A stretch of DNA of 64,000 bases from an uncultured Microthrixaceae bacterium (GTDB taxonomy: Bacteria; Actinomycetota; Acidimicrobiia; Acidimicrobiales; DATDAH01), in contig CAWJSC010000012.1 in assembly GCA_963845425.1 (NCBI GenBank), positions 10,352-74,351 of the forward strand, in the 5' to 3' direction. The translations under genes were made by a program, and so were the position numbers. Positions 35,852-44,508 of this stretch are shown here, piece after piece. Numbering within the stretch: position 1 is the stretch's first letter; each line of letters begins with the position of its first letter. The notes beneath the pieces were generated by a model that did no database searches, was not told the origin of the DNA, and saw only the letters and a program-made list of their open reading frames with translations.

Positions 35852-36325
35852 TCAGCCCTCCGCGGCCTCGGCGTTCTCCGCCCCGCGGAGCACGGCCTCG
35901 TCCTCGTCGCCGGCCGCCGCGTCCGGCTCGGCCACGGCGGTGCCCTCGTGGTGGGTGCCACCGGCCAGCAGGGCCTCGGCGGCCCGCCGGATGCGGAAGG
36001 CGTCGAGGGGCTTGACCAGCCAACCGTCGGCGTCGGCCCGCCGGGCCAGGAACACGTCCGCGGTGCGGTCCAGCAGCATCAGGATCGACCGGGGCTCGAG
36101 GCGGCCCGCGCCCTCCTCGGAGCGCAGGGACAGGCAGGTGGCCATGCCGCCCATGTTGCCGATCTGGAGGTCGAGCACGACCAGGTCGGGGTCGAGCCGC
36201 TTCACGGCGGGGACGACCTCCCGGCCGGAACGAACCCGGTGCACGATCGTGGTGTCGTCGCCGAGGGCGGCGTCCACCTCGTCGTGGAGACGATCGGCAT
36301 CGGTGGCCAGGAGCACGACGGGCAC
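35852..36325 (-). CDS. stand-alone receiver-domain protein (Rv3143-like)
   Basis: PDLVVLDLQIGNMGGM, LLDR..D..LA, KP; no output domain. Confidence 0.85.
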   Translation of the reverse strand: MPVVLLATDADRLHDEVDAALGDDTTIVHRVRSGREVVPAVKRLDPDLVVLDLQIGNMGGMATCLSLRSEEGAGRLEPRSILMLLDRTADVFLARRADADGWLVKPLDAFRIRRAAEALLAGGTHHEGTAVAEPDAAAGDEDEAVLRGAENAEAAEG

Positions 36326-36433
36326 GGCCGCGGAGCGTACCGGCGCCGCAGTGGCCGGGTGAAGCCGGGGGTTGGCGGACCGGTGCCTGTGGCTACGATC
36401 GGTCGTTGCCCACGGCCCACCATCGGAGGACCG

Positions 36434-36793
36434 TTGCTCTCCATCACCGTCGAAGCGGGCGACGACTACACGCTGTGCCGCCCGGAGGGTGAGCTTGACG
36501 CGTACACCGTCGGGACCTTCCGCGAGACCCTCGCCGAGCTGACCGACACGCGCCATCTGCTCATCGACCTGTCCGATGTCCCGTTCATGGACTCGGCGGG
36601 ACTGGGCGCGCTCATCGGTGGCATCCGCCGGACCCGGGAGGCCGGTGGTGACGTGGCCGTGGCCTGCGGTCGCCCCACCCTCACCCGTCTGCTGCACACG
36701 ACGGGCTTCGACCGGATCGTGGCCGTCACCGAGACCGTCGCCGAGGCCGCCACCGCTCTGGCCACCCAGAGCGGCCCGAGCGACTCGGTCTGA
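36434..36793 (+). CDS. STAS-domain anti-sigma factor antagonist
   Basis: GELD, IDLSDVPFMDSAGLGAL, TGFD; TTG start after a GGAGGA RBS. Confidence 0.9.
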   Translation: MLSITVEAGDDYTLCRPEGELDAYTVGTFRETLAELTDTRHLLIDLSDVPFMDSAGLGALIGGIRRTREAGGDVAVACGRPTLTRLLHTTGFDRIVAVTETVAEAATALATQSGPSDSV

Positions 36794-36836
36794 GGACCTC
36801 GGCGGGAACCGCCAGGAGGTTCCGGCGCCACGCGAT

Positions 36837-36918
36837 GCTGCGGAGCGGAGCGCAGCAGCTCTCAGGGACCGTCCGCATCGGCGGAGCCGGCGGAGCGGAG
36901 CGGAGCAATGTAACGAGC
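36837..36918. repeat. interspersed repeat family B copy 1 (CGGAG-rich, about 82 bp)
   Basis: closely matches 58678-58758, including ccgcatcggcggagccggcggagcggagcggagcaatgt. Confidence 0.9.
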
Positions 36919-37974
36919 GAGCTCTTCGAGGCCGGCGAGGTCGTGGACGTCGCTGCGGAGGAAGGGGACGCGGACCACAGTGGCGTCGCCGACCTTGCCG
37001 ACGAGGTCGTCGAGGTGGCGTTCCTCCCGACTGGCGATGAGCTGGAAGTCGGCCAGGTTGGCGTAGTGGTCCCCGATGGCGGTTCCCGCGAGGCTCTCGG
37101 CCCGTTCCCGGGCGGCCTCGGCCAGGCTCGGCGCGAACCGGGGATGCATCCGGTTCACGATGAGGGCGCTGATCTCGATGCCCGCGCCATCGAGGGCGTC
37201 GGCGAAGAACACGGCCTCCTCGAGGGTGTCGCGCCGGGGGGAGGCCACCAGGACGAAGCGGGTGACGGTGGCGGTGAGAAGCTCATCGACGTGGTGGGCG
37301 CGGTTGCGGAAGCCCTCCTCCATGCCCTGGAAGGCCTGGAAGAAGGCGATCGCGTCCTCGATGACCTCCGAGCCGACGACCTTGGCGACGGTCCGGAGGA
37401 AGGCCTGGGCGGCCAAACTGGCCACCTTGAGGATCCCCCGGGTCGGGGTCATGACCACCTTGTAGAGCGGGTGGTCCAGGAAGCGGGTGAGGGTGCCGGG
37501 AGCGTCGAGGAAGTCGAGGGCGTTGCGGGTCGGCGGTGTGTCCACGACGACCAGGTCGAAGTCGGACTCGACGTGGAGCTCGTAGAGCTTCTCCATCGCC
37601 ATGAACTCCTGGGTGGCCGACAGCGCCGAGGAGATGTTCGTGTAGAAGCGGTTGTCCAGGATGCGCCCGGCCTGGTCCTCGCTCGCCGCGTACTTGGTCA
37701 CCAGGTTGTCGAAGGTGGTCTTGGTGTCGAGCATCAGGGCGTAGAGCTCACCGGGCCAGTCCCCGTCGATGAGGCCGGGCTCGTTGCTCAGCCCCTCGAG
37801 GCCGAGGGCGTCGGCCAGCCGCTTGGCCGGGTCGATGGTCACCACGGCGGTCTTCCGTCCTTGCCGCGCGCCCTCCATCGCGAGCACGGCGGCCACGGTG
37901 GTCTTGCCGACCCCGCCCGAGCCCGTGCAGATGATGACCTCGGCGCGGCCGACCAGCTCGCGGGGGGTGGTCAC
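36862..37974 (-). CDS. ArsA/GET3-family ATPase (downstream gene of pair)
   Basis: GSGGVGKTT, TIDPAKRLA, EFMAMEKL, VDTPP, ALDFLDAP. Confidence 0.92.
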   Translation of the reverse strand: MTTPRELVGRAEVIICTGSGGVGKTTVAAVLAMEGARQGRKTAVVTIDPAKRLADALGLEGLSNEPGLIDGDWPGELYALMLDTKTTFDNLVTKYAASEDQAGRILDNRFYTNISSALSATQEFMAMEKLYELHVESDFDLVVVDTPPTRNALDFLDAPGTLTRFLDHPLYKVVMTPTRGILKVASLAAQAFLRTVAKVVGSEVIEDAIAFFQAFQGMEEGFRNRAHHVDELLTATVTRFVLVASPRRDTLEEAVFFADALDGAGIEISALIVNRMHPRFAPSLAEAARERAESLAGTAIGDHYANLADFQLIASREERHLDDLVGKVGDATVVRVPFLRSDVHDLAGLEELARYIAPLRSAGSADADGP

Positions 37975-38936
37975 GCCTCCACCACCGCCTCGAGCTGCTC
38001 GACCAGGCAGTCGGCCAGCAGGTCCAGTTCGGTGGGGCCCAGTTCGGCGCCGAAGAGGAAGGGCAAGCGCAATTGGGGCAGGGGGAGCTGCTCGGCGAGC
38101 CGGGCCACCTGCTCGGTCTGGAGCTGGACCCGGTGGCGGCGGAAGTCGGCCGCCGCGGCCAGGGCATCGGCCTCACCCTCCCGGAGGCTGACCCCCGCCT
38201 CGGCGGCGGCGGTCACCGGGTCCACCGCCAGGCCGGGCCGGTCCGGGTACAGCCCGTTGACCACCACCGGGCCGAGGGCCACCCCGACCTGGTCCTCGAG
38301 GTTGTAGGCCGTCTCGATCAGCTCGTTGACCGGGGTCTCCTCGGGCAGGGTGACCAGCACCACCTGGCACCGTTCGGTGTCGGTGAGCATCTCCATGACC
38401 TCGGCGGCCTGGTTGTGGATCGGCCCCACCCGCACGGCGTCGAGCAGGCTGCGGGCGGCCCGCAGGAAGGTGATGGCGTGGCCCGCCGCCGGCGCGTCGA
38501 GGATGATCAGGGCGCCGTCGACCTCCCGCTCGAGCTGCTTGACCTTGCCCAGCACGAGGATGTCCTTGATGCCGGGGGCTGCTGTGGCCAGGGTGTCGAC
38601 GGCGCCCGAGGAGACCAGGCGCTTGGCCACGCGGCTGAGGCCGTGGCTCTCGAGGTACTCGAGCATCGCCTCGTCGGGCGTGAGGGTGCGGGCCCGGATG
38701 TCGGCGGCTCCGGGCGGGTCGCCGGCCTCGACGAGGGTCGCCTCCTCGTAGCCGAGGTCCTCGACGCCGAACATGTTGGCCAGGCCCGACTTGCCCTCGA
38801 CTTCCACGATCACGGCGCGACAGCCCTGTCGGGAGGCGGCGCGCGCGAGGGCGGCGGTTACCGTCGTCTTGCCCACGCCGCCCTTGCCCGCAACGATGAT
38901 GACGCGGGAAGCGGCGAAGAACGTCGCTGGATCCAA
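37971..38936 (-). CDS. ArsA/GET3-family ATPase (upstream gene of pair)
   Basis: GKGGVGKTT, APGIKDILVLGKVK, DAPAAGH, LPEETPVNE; TTG start after GGGAGGA. Confidence 0.9.
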   Translation of the reverse strand: MDPATFFAASRVIIVAGKGGVGKTTVTAALARAASRQGCRAVIVEVEGKSGLANMFGVEDLGYEEATLVEAGDPPGAADIRARTLTPDEAMLEYLESHGLSRVAKRLVSSGAVDTLATAAPGIKDILVLGKVKQLEREVDGALIILDAPAAGHAITFLRAARSLLDAVRVGPIHNQAAEVMEMLTDTERCQVVLVTLPEETPVNELIETAYNLEDQVGVALGPVVVNGLYPDRPGLAVDPVTAAAEAGVSLREGEADALAAAADFRRHRVQLQTEQVARLAEQLPLPQLRLPFLFGAELGPTELDLLADCLVEQLEAVVEA

Positions 38937-38961
38937 ACCCCAGTCCTCCCGGAGGCTCGCG

Positions 38962-40296
38962 TTGCGCAGGCTAGCGATGACGGTTCTCGGCGCTGTGTTG
39001 CTGCTCGGGGCCTTCGCCATGAACGGTCTGGCGAGCAGCGGGGCGGCGCCGCGGAGCGGGGCAGCATCGACGATGATCTCGGTCGCCGGCGCCGGCGATG
39101 CTGGGCACAGCGAAGCCTCGCGAGTTGTCACCGACGCCGGCCAGGTCGACGTGCTGGAGACGGCCGGCTACCTGGATCCCGTGCTGGTCGACTTCATCTC
39201 CTCCTCCCTCGCCGAGGCCGAGGCCGAGGACGCCGTCGCGGTGGTGCTCCAGCTGAACAGCCCGGGGTCGGTGGTGAGCGACGAGGAGCTCACGGCACTG
39301 GCCACCCAGATCGCCGAGGCCACCGTGCCGGTCGCGGTCTGGATCGGCCCGAGCGGCTCGCGGGCCTATGGCGGGGCCGCAGAGATCGCCGCTGTGGCCG
39401 ACGAGATCGGGATGGCACCCGGGACCGACCTGGGCGACGTCGGTGATCCCCGTCTGCCCGAGCCGCCGTTCGACGAGGCCTTCGACGGCGAACTGGCCGA
39501 CCGTTCGGTGGACGACGAGGTGGCGGTGGACGAGGGCCTCGCCGACCGCCTGGCTCCGACCGTCGGCCTCTTCGTCAACGACCTCGAGGGCTTCGAGACC
39601 GAGGTCGCCGACGGCGGTGACGTCGAGCCGGTGACCAAGACCCGCTTCCGCCAGTTGCCCCTCGGCTCGCAGCTGTTCCACACGGCCGCCAGCCCCGCGG
39701 TCGCCTACCTGTTCTTCGTGCTGGGTCTGGGCCTGATCATCTTCGAGCTGTACACCGCTGGGGTCGGTGTGGCGGGGGTTCTGGCCGCCGGCCTGTTCGT
39801 GTTCGGGTGCTACGGCCTGGCGGTGCTGCCCGCCCGGGGATGGGCGGTCGGACTCCTCGTCCTGGCCATGGGCGCGTTCTGCGTCGACATCCAGACCGGC
39901 GTGCCGCGCTTCTGGACGGGGGTGGGCTTCGTCGGCTTCGCCGTCGGCACCTTCTACCTCTACGACGGCCCGACCCTGTCCTGGATCACCCTTGTCGGCG
40001 TCTTCGTCTCGTTGGCGTTCGCCGTCCTCTCGGGCATGCCGACGATGGTGCGGACCCGCTTCTCGACGCCCACGATCGGCCGTGAATGGATGATCGGCGA
40101 GGCGGGCGAGGCGGTGACCGCCGTCGCCCCGGATGGCACCGTGCGGGTCCAGGACGCCCTCTGGCGGGCCCGCACCAACCGGGCGACGCCGTTGGCCGCG
40201 GGTGAGCCCGTCGTGGTCGCGGGCCTCGACGGCCTCGTACTGGAGGTGGAGTCGGCCGACCCCGAGCGGCGGCCGAAGGAACACCGCCGCGACTAG
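38962..40296 (+). CDS. NfeD-family membrane protein (ClpP-like domain, TM region, OB fold)
   Basis: LQLNSPG, PVAVWIGPSG, MAPGT.LG, TM block, C-terminal GTVRVQDALWRAR; start uncertain. Confidence 0.85.
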   Translation: MRRLAMTVLGAVLLLGAFAMNGLASSGAAPRSGAASTMISVAGAGDAGHSEASRVVTDAGQVDVLETAGYLDPVLVDFISSSLAEAEAEDAVAVVLQLNSPGSVVSDEELTALATQIAEATVPVAVWIGPSGSRAYGGAAEIAAVADEIGMAPGTDLGDVGDPRLPEPPFDEAFDGELADRSVDDEVAVDEGLADRLAPTVGLFVNDLEGFETEVADGGDVEPVTKTRFRQLPLGSQLFHTAASPAVAYLFFVLGLGLIIFELYTAGVGVAGVLAAGLFVFGCYGLAVLPARGWAVGLLVLAMGAFCVDIQTGVPRFWTGVGFVGFAVGTFYLYDGPTLSWITLVGVFVSLAFAVLSGMPTMVRTRFSTPTIGREWMIGEAGEAVTAVAPDGTVRVQDALWRARTNRATPLAAGEPVVVAGLDGLVLEVESADPERRPKEHRRD

Positions 40297-40327
40297 GGCT
40301 CGGAGGCGGGTGAGCCGCCGGTCGTCG

Positions 40328-40347
40328 TACTGAACCGTGGTTCAGTA
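40328..40347. promoter_or_regulatory. perfect palindrome upstream of whiB, candidate operator
   Basis: TACTGAACC-gt-GGTTCAGTA; contains GAAC-N4-GTTC. Confidence 0.6.
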
Positions 40348-40426
40348 ATCGGCGGAAATCCGGCCCGACCCCTTTACGGCCAAAATCGGCGGGTCTACGG
40401 TCGCGTTCCCTGGAAGGGGGTCCAGC

Positions 40427-40681
40427 GTGACAGCACATGTCGCAGACATGGAGTGGCAGATGAAGGCGGCATGCCGGGGTCCACAGGCCGCGGTGTTCTT
40501 CCCGCCACCCCAGTTCGAACGCAAGGACGAGAAGCAGGAGCGGGAGCGACGGGCGAAGGAGATCTGCTCGTCCTGTCCGGTCAAGCAGCCCTGCCTGCAG
40601 TACGCCCTCGGGATCCGTGAGCCCCACGGCATCTGGGGTGGCCGCAACGAGGCGGAGCGCAAGGAGCTGCTGATCCGCTGA
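40427..40681 (+). CDS. WhiB-family Fe-S transcriptional regulator (WhiB3/WhiD-like)
   Basis: W..AAC, FFP, AKEICSSCPV..C, GIWGG..E.ER. Confidence 0.93.
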   Translation: MTAHVADMEWQMKAACRGPQAAVFFPPPQFERKDEKQERERRAKEICSSCPVKQPCLQYALGIREPHGIWGGRNEAERKELLIR

Positions 40682-40694
40682 CCCCATCACCGTC

Positions 40695-40960
40695 GGGCTG
40701 GGGGAACGACGGCAGAGATGGGGGCCGGGTCCTCCCGACTCGGCCGGGTGGTGCCTGCTCGTCCCTTTCGCCACGCACCGTGACCGGATGGCCGGCCGAC
40801 ACACCCCGTCACCGTTCTGGCTCCTGATCTTCCGCCCATGGCCGGAGCATCGGGAGCCAGTTGGCCGGGTGGCCACGGGTAGTGGGATTCGGAGGCGGGA
40901 CGGGCAGAGGTGTCCCCGACGACCGGCGGCCCGACCCCACGCCCCCGTTCCTGCCTCGGT
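40695..40960. repeat. interspersed repeat family A, near-full copy
   Basis: left arm gggctgggggaacgacggcagagatggggg, 44-nt hairpin 40817-40860, GTGGGATTCGG, right arm ccccgacgacc..gaccccacgcccccgtt..tgcctcggt. Confidence 0.8.
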
Positions 40961-42676
40961 TCAGACCTCCGGCAGCCTCGGGCCGGCGATGCGGAGGTCG
41001 TCACGGCGGCGGGTGACGCCCCGGGCGTCGAGCAGGGTGGCCAGGGGGACGGCGTACTTCCGACTTGTGCCCAGCGCCTCCCGCAGATCGCTCATCGTGA
41101 ACCCGTCGGGCTGAGCCGTCAGCAGTCCGGCGGCGACCACAGCGGCCTCGTCGATCGCCGATGCCGCGAACCAGATCCCGTCCGCCTGCACGACAAGGCC
41201 GCGACGGGCCAACTCGCGGAGCTCGGTCGGGTCGACCCCATCCGGCGGCGGTGGGGCGAACGGGGCGGCGGCCAGTGCGGCCACGAACGGGTGGTCGGCC
41301 AACGGGTCGACGGCGTCGGCGGCCCGCGCCCGGCCGCCCTCGACCACCGTGTCGGTCAGCGTGTCGATCACCGCCCGTTCCCGGTCGTCGAGGCGAGCCA
41401 CGTCGAGGCCCAGCTCACCCGCGGCCCCGATGCGCTCCGCCAGCGCAGCCCGAGCGTTCTCCAAGGCGTCGGGGTCCACGACCCAGGTCCCGATATCGGC
41501 CGGTCGCCGCTCACCGGTCAGGCGCTCCAGTTCGTCCACCTCCACCCAGCACCGCTCGGCCACGATCCGGTCCACCGAGCGATCCGGGCGGGCCCGGGTC
41601 GCGGGTAGGACCGGATCGACGTCCAGGATCTCGCCGCCCCCCACGGTCTCGCCCCGGCCGGACTCCCGCAGGACGAAGCGATCACCGGGCACCAGTGGCA
41701 GGGCGGTGGCGAGGTGCAGGCGCACGAGCCCCGCCGCCCCGGGCTCGATGCCATCGGCGCCCAGGACACGAAGGCGGACCGCCTCCTCGGCGGTGCCCAG
41801 GTGGGCCATGTAGGCCCCCCGTCGGGTGACCCGATGGCCGAGGCCGGCGAGGACCTGCAGGGTGGCGTCGACGACGTTGGTCTCGTGCCACTGGTCGGCC
41901 CGGACCACGACCTGGCCCCGGCCGACGGCGTCGTGCTCGACCCCGACGAGGTTCAGCGCCGTCCGGCTGCCCGGTGGCACCCGGCCGACGGCCGCGTGGT
42001 GGGCCTGGATGCCCCGCACCCGGATGGTCGGGCCGCCGGGGCGCACGGCGAGCTGGTCGTCGACGGCCACCGCCCCGCCGAGCAGGGTCCCGGTCACGAT
42101 GGTGCCCGCCCCCCGGGCGGCGAAGGCCCGGTCGACCCAGAGCCGGGGTCGGTCGGTGTCGGCGACGGCGGGGGCCGCCCGCAGCGTCCGGCCCAGCGCC
42201 GCCCGCAGCTCATCGAGGCCCTGGCGCCGCGGCGCGGCGACGTCCACCACCTCGGCGTCGGCCAGGAAGGACCCGGTCAGGCGGTCGGCCAACTCCAGTC
42301 GGGCCAGGGCGACCAGATCCGAGTCGGCCCGGTCGACTTTGGTCAGGGCTACCACGCCGTGAGCCACCCCGACCAGCTCCAGGATGCGCAAGTGCTCCTC
42401 GGACTGGGGCTTCCAACCCTCGAGGGCGTCGACGACGAAGAGGCAGGCCACCACGCCACCGACGCCGGCCAGCATGTTGGCCAGGAAGCGCACGTGGCCG
42501 GGCACGTCCACGAACGACACGACGAGGTCGCCGATCTCGGTGTGGGCGAACCCCAGGTCGATGGTCAGGCCCCGCGCCTTCTCCTCGGCCCACCGGTCCG
42601 GGTCCGTGCCGGTGAGCGCCTCGACCAGGGTGGACTTGCCATGGTCGACGTGACCGGCGGTGGCGACGACGTACAG
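40961..42676 (-). CDS. selB: selenocysteine-specific elongation factor SelB (non-canonical start; first plausible codon CTG 42676)
   Basis: LYVVATAGHVDHGKST, EEKARGLTIDLGF, DVPGH, TKVD, C-terminal winged helix LGTSRKYAVPL; the P-loop lies upstream of the ORF-track start. Confidence 0.92.
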   Translation of the reverse strand: MYVVATAGHVDHGKSTLVEALTGTDPDRWAEEKARGLTIDLGFAHTEIGDLVVSFVDVPGHVRFLANMLAGVGGVVACLFVVDALEGWKPQSEEHLRILELVGVAHGVVALTKVDRADSDLVALARLELADRLTGSFLADAEVVDVAAPRRQGLDELRAALGRTLRAAPAVADTDRPRLWVDRAFAARGAGTIVTGTLLGGAVAVDDQLAVRPGGPTIRVRGIQAHHAAVGRVPPGSRTALNLVGVEHDAVGRGQVVVRADQWHETNVVDATLQVLAGLGHRVTRRGAYMAHLGTAEEAVRLRVLGADGIEPGAAGLVRLHLATALPLVPGDRFVLRESGRGETVGGGEILDVDPVLPATRARPDRSVDRIVAERCWVEVDELERLTGERRPADIGTWVVDPDALENARAALAERIGAAGELGLDVARLDDRERAVIDTLTDTVVEGGRARAADAVDPLADHPFVAALAAAPFAPPPPDGVDPTELRELARRGLVVQADGIWFAASAIDEAAVVAAGLLTAQPDGFTMSDLREALGTSRKYAVPLATLLDARGVTRRRDDLRIAGPRLPEV

Positions 42677-42682
42677 GCCCGC

Positions 42683-43936
42683 TCACCCCCCGCCGGCGAG
42701 GGCGGTGACCGCGGCCGCGACCAGCGGGTCCTGGTCCGGCTCGACGGTGCGCAGGTCCAGCACGGTGCGGTCCTCGACCACGCGGGCGATGACGGGGACG
42801 GCGGCGGCCCGCAGGCCGGCTCGGAGGTCGCCGTCCAGGGCCACGCCCACGGAGGGGATCTCGGTGCCGGGGAGGGTGCCGCCGCCCGTCACGGCGACGG
42901 TCTCCACGACGGTGCCGGCGCCGAGGGCCTCCGCTCGGTTCCACAGCCCGTCCACGGACCGGGTTGCCAGGCGCCAGAGGGGGATGTCCTGCCCGCGCCG
43001 GGCGAGGTAGGCGAGGGCGGTGTCCTGCAGCGCGGCGAGGACCAGACCCCCCGGCCGCAGGGCCCGGGCCAGGGGATGGCTGGTACAGGCGGCGACGAGG
43101 TCCGCCCGCCCGGCGATGATCCCCGCCTGGGGCCCGCCCAGCAGCTTGTCGCCCGAGAACATGACCAGGCCGGCACCGGCCTCGAGGGTCTGGCGCACGC
43201 CGGGCTCGTCCCGCAGCCAAGCGGGCGGACCGCCGTCGAGCCACGGGCAGGCGGCGTCGAGGAGGCCGGAGCCCAAGTCGACGGCCAACGGCGGTCCGAG
43301 GCCGACGAGGTCCTCGACCGCTGCCGCCTCGGTGAAGCCGGTGATCCGGTAGTTGGACTGGTGGACCTTCAGCACGAGGCCGGGGTCGTCGGCCTCGGCC
43401 ACCGCCCGTTCGTAGTCCGCGGTCCGGGTCCGGTTGGTGGTCCCGACCTCGACCAGGCGGGCCCCCGAGGTGGCCAGGATCTCCGGGATGCGGAACCCCC
43501 CACCGATCTCGACCAGCTCGCCCCGGGAGACGACGACGTCCCGGTCCCGGGCCAGCGCGGCCAGGGCCAGCAGCACAGCGGCGGCCCCGTTGTTGACCAC
43601 CGTGGCCGCCTCGGCGCCACAGGCCCGGGCCAGCAGCCCCGCGGCGTGGGCGCCCCGGGACCCCCGTGCGCCGGTGGTCAGGTCCAGCTCGAGGTTGGTG
43701 TAGGTGGCGTCCTGGTGGTGGGCGAGGGGCGCTCGCCCCAGGTTGGTGTGCAGGAGGACCCCGGTGGCGTTGACCACCGGCCGCAGCAGGGCGGCGGCGA
43801 CAGCCTCGGCGTCGGCCCGGGCTCCCTCCGGGTCGCCCCGGGCGATGGCCGCGCGGGCGGCGTCGACGAGCAGCGGATGAGGCAGGCCCGTGTCGGCCAG
43901 GCTGCGGGCCAGGGCGTCGACAGACGGCGGCCGCAC
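42683..43936 (-). CDS. selA: L-seryl-tRNA(Sec) selenium transferase
   Basis: VVNATGVLLHTNLGRAP, SRGELVEIGGGFRIP, EVGTTNRT, KVHQSNY, FSGDKLLGGPQ. Confidence 0.96.
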   Translation of the reverse strand: MRPPSVDALARSLADTGLPHPLLVDAARAAIARGDPEGARADAEAVAAALLRPVVNATGVLLHTNLGRAPLAHHQDATYTNLELDLTTGARGSRGAHAAGLLARACGAEAATVVNNGAAAVLLALAALARDRDVVVSRGELVEIGGGFRIPEILATSGARLVEVGTTNRTRTADYERAVAEADDPGLVLKVHQSNYRITGFTEAAAVEDLVGLGPPLAVDLGSGLLDAACPWLDGGPPAWLRDEPGVRQTLEAGAGLVMFSGDKLLGGPQAGIIAGRADLVAACTSHPLARALRPGGLVLAALQDTALAYLARRGQDIPLWRLATRSVDGLWNRAEALGAGTVVETVAVTGGGTLPGTEIPSVGVALDGDLRAGLRAAAVPVIARVVEDRTVLDLRTVEPDQDPLVAAAVTALAGGG

Positions 43937-44016
43937 GCCGCGAGGATAGGCCGCGTCGCACCGGGGTCGGGCAGGCCGGGGAGCGCCCCGGGGGTCGCAC
44001 CCCTAGCCTGGAGGGC

Positions 44017-44508
44017 GTGTTCGGCCTCCTCCTCGTGCTTTTCGTCGCCATCCCGGCGGCCGAGCTCTACGTCATCCTGCAGGTCGGCCAGACCATCGGC
44101 GCCCTCGAGACCGTGGTCGCGCTGATCGTCATCAGCTTCTTCGGGGCCTGGCTGTGCAAGCTCCAGGGCTTCACGGTGCTGGGCCGGATCCAGGCCGCGC
44201 TGAACGAGGGCCGCATCCCGACCCGGGACCTCCAGGACGGCGCGCTGATCCTGCTCGCCGGCGCCCTCCTGCTCACGCCCGGCTTCCTCGGCGACATCGC
44301 CGGGATCCTGCTCCTGCTCCCGCCCAGCCGGGCCGTAGCCCGGACCTTTCTCGCCCGGATCCTCCGGGGTCGTCTCCAGGTGGCCACGGTCGGTGCCGCC
44401 GGGCCGTCCGGATACGGCTTCGGTTCCGTCGTGGACGTCGACGGTCGACCCCGCGACGACCGGCGGGGCCGTGACGAGCCTCCCGGCCCCGTCCCCCTCG
44501 GCCCGTGA
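44017..44508 (+). CDS. fxsA: FxsA-family membrane protein
   Basis: P.AELYV, QGF, GALLLTPGFLGD..G.LLLLPP.R. Confidence 0.88.
   Translation: MFGLLLVLFVAIPAAELYVILQVGQTIGALETVVALIVISFFGAWLCKLQGFTVLGRIQAALNEGRIPTRDLQDGALILLAGALLLTPGFLGDIAGILLLLPPSRAVARTFLARILRGRLQVATVGAAGPSGYGFGSVVDVDGRPRDDRRGRDEPPGPVPLGP

Noticed and set aside
34269-36800. Genomic island integrated at tRNA-Pro
   Set aside because: No integrase, no duplicated tRNA 3' end seen, and composition is unchanged.
36910-36924. Match gtaacgagcgagctc shared with the glnA2 3' end (about 59574-59588)
   Set aside because: Both encode ELARY; 15 bp is too short to separate from coincidence and the similarity does not extend.
41714-44125. Long alternative-frame ORFs such as 41714-44125, 13352-15256 and 56463-58442
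   Set aside because: They are antisense or off-frame shadows of well-supported genes, expected in high-GC DNA, and carry no family motifs apart from the short remnant noted at 13575-13660.
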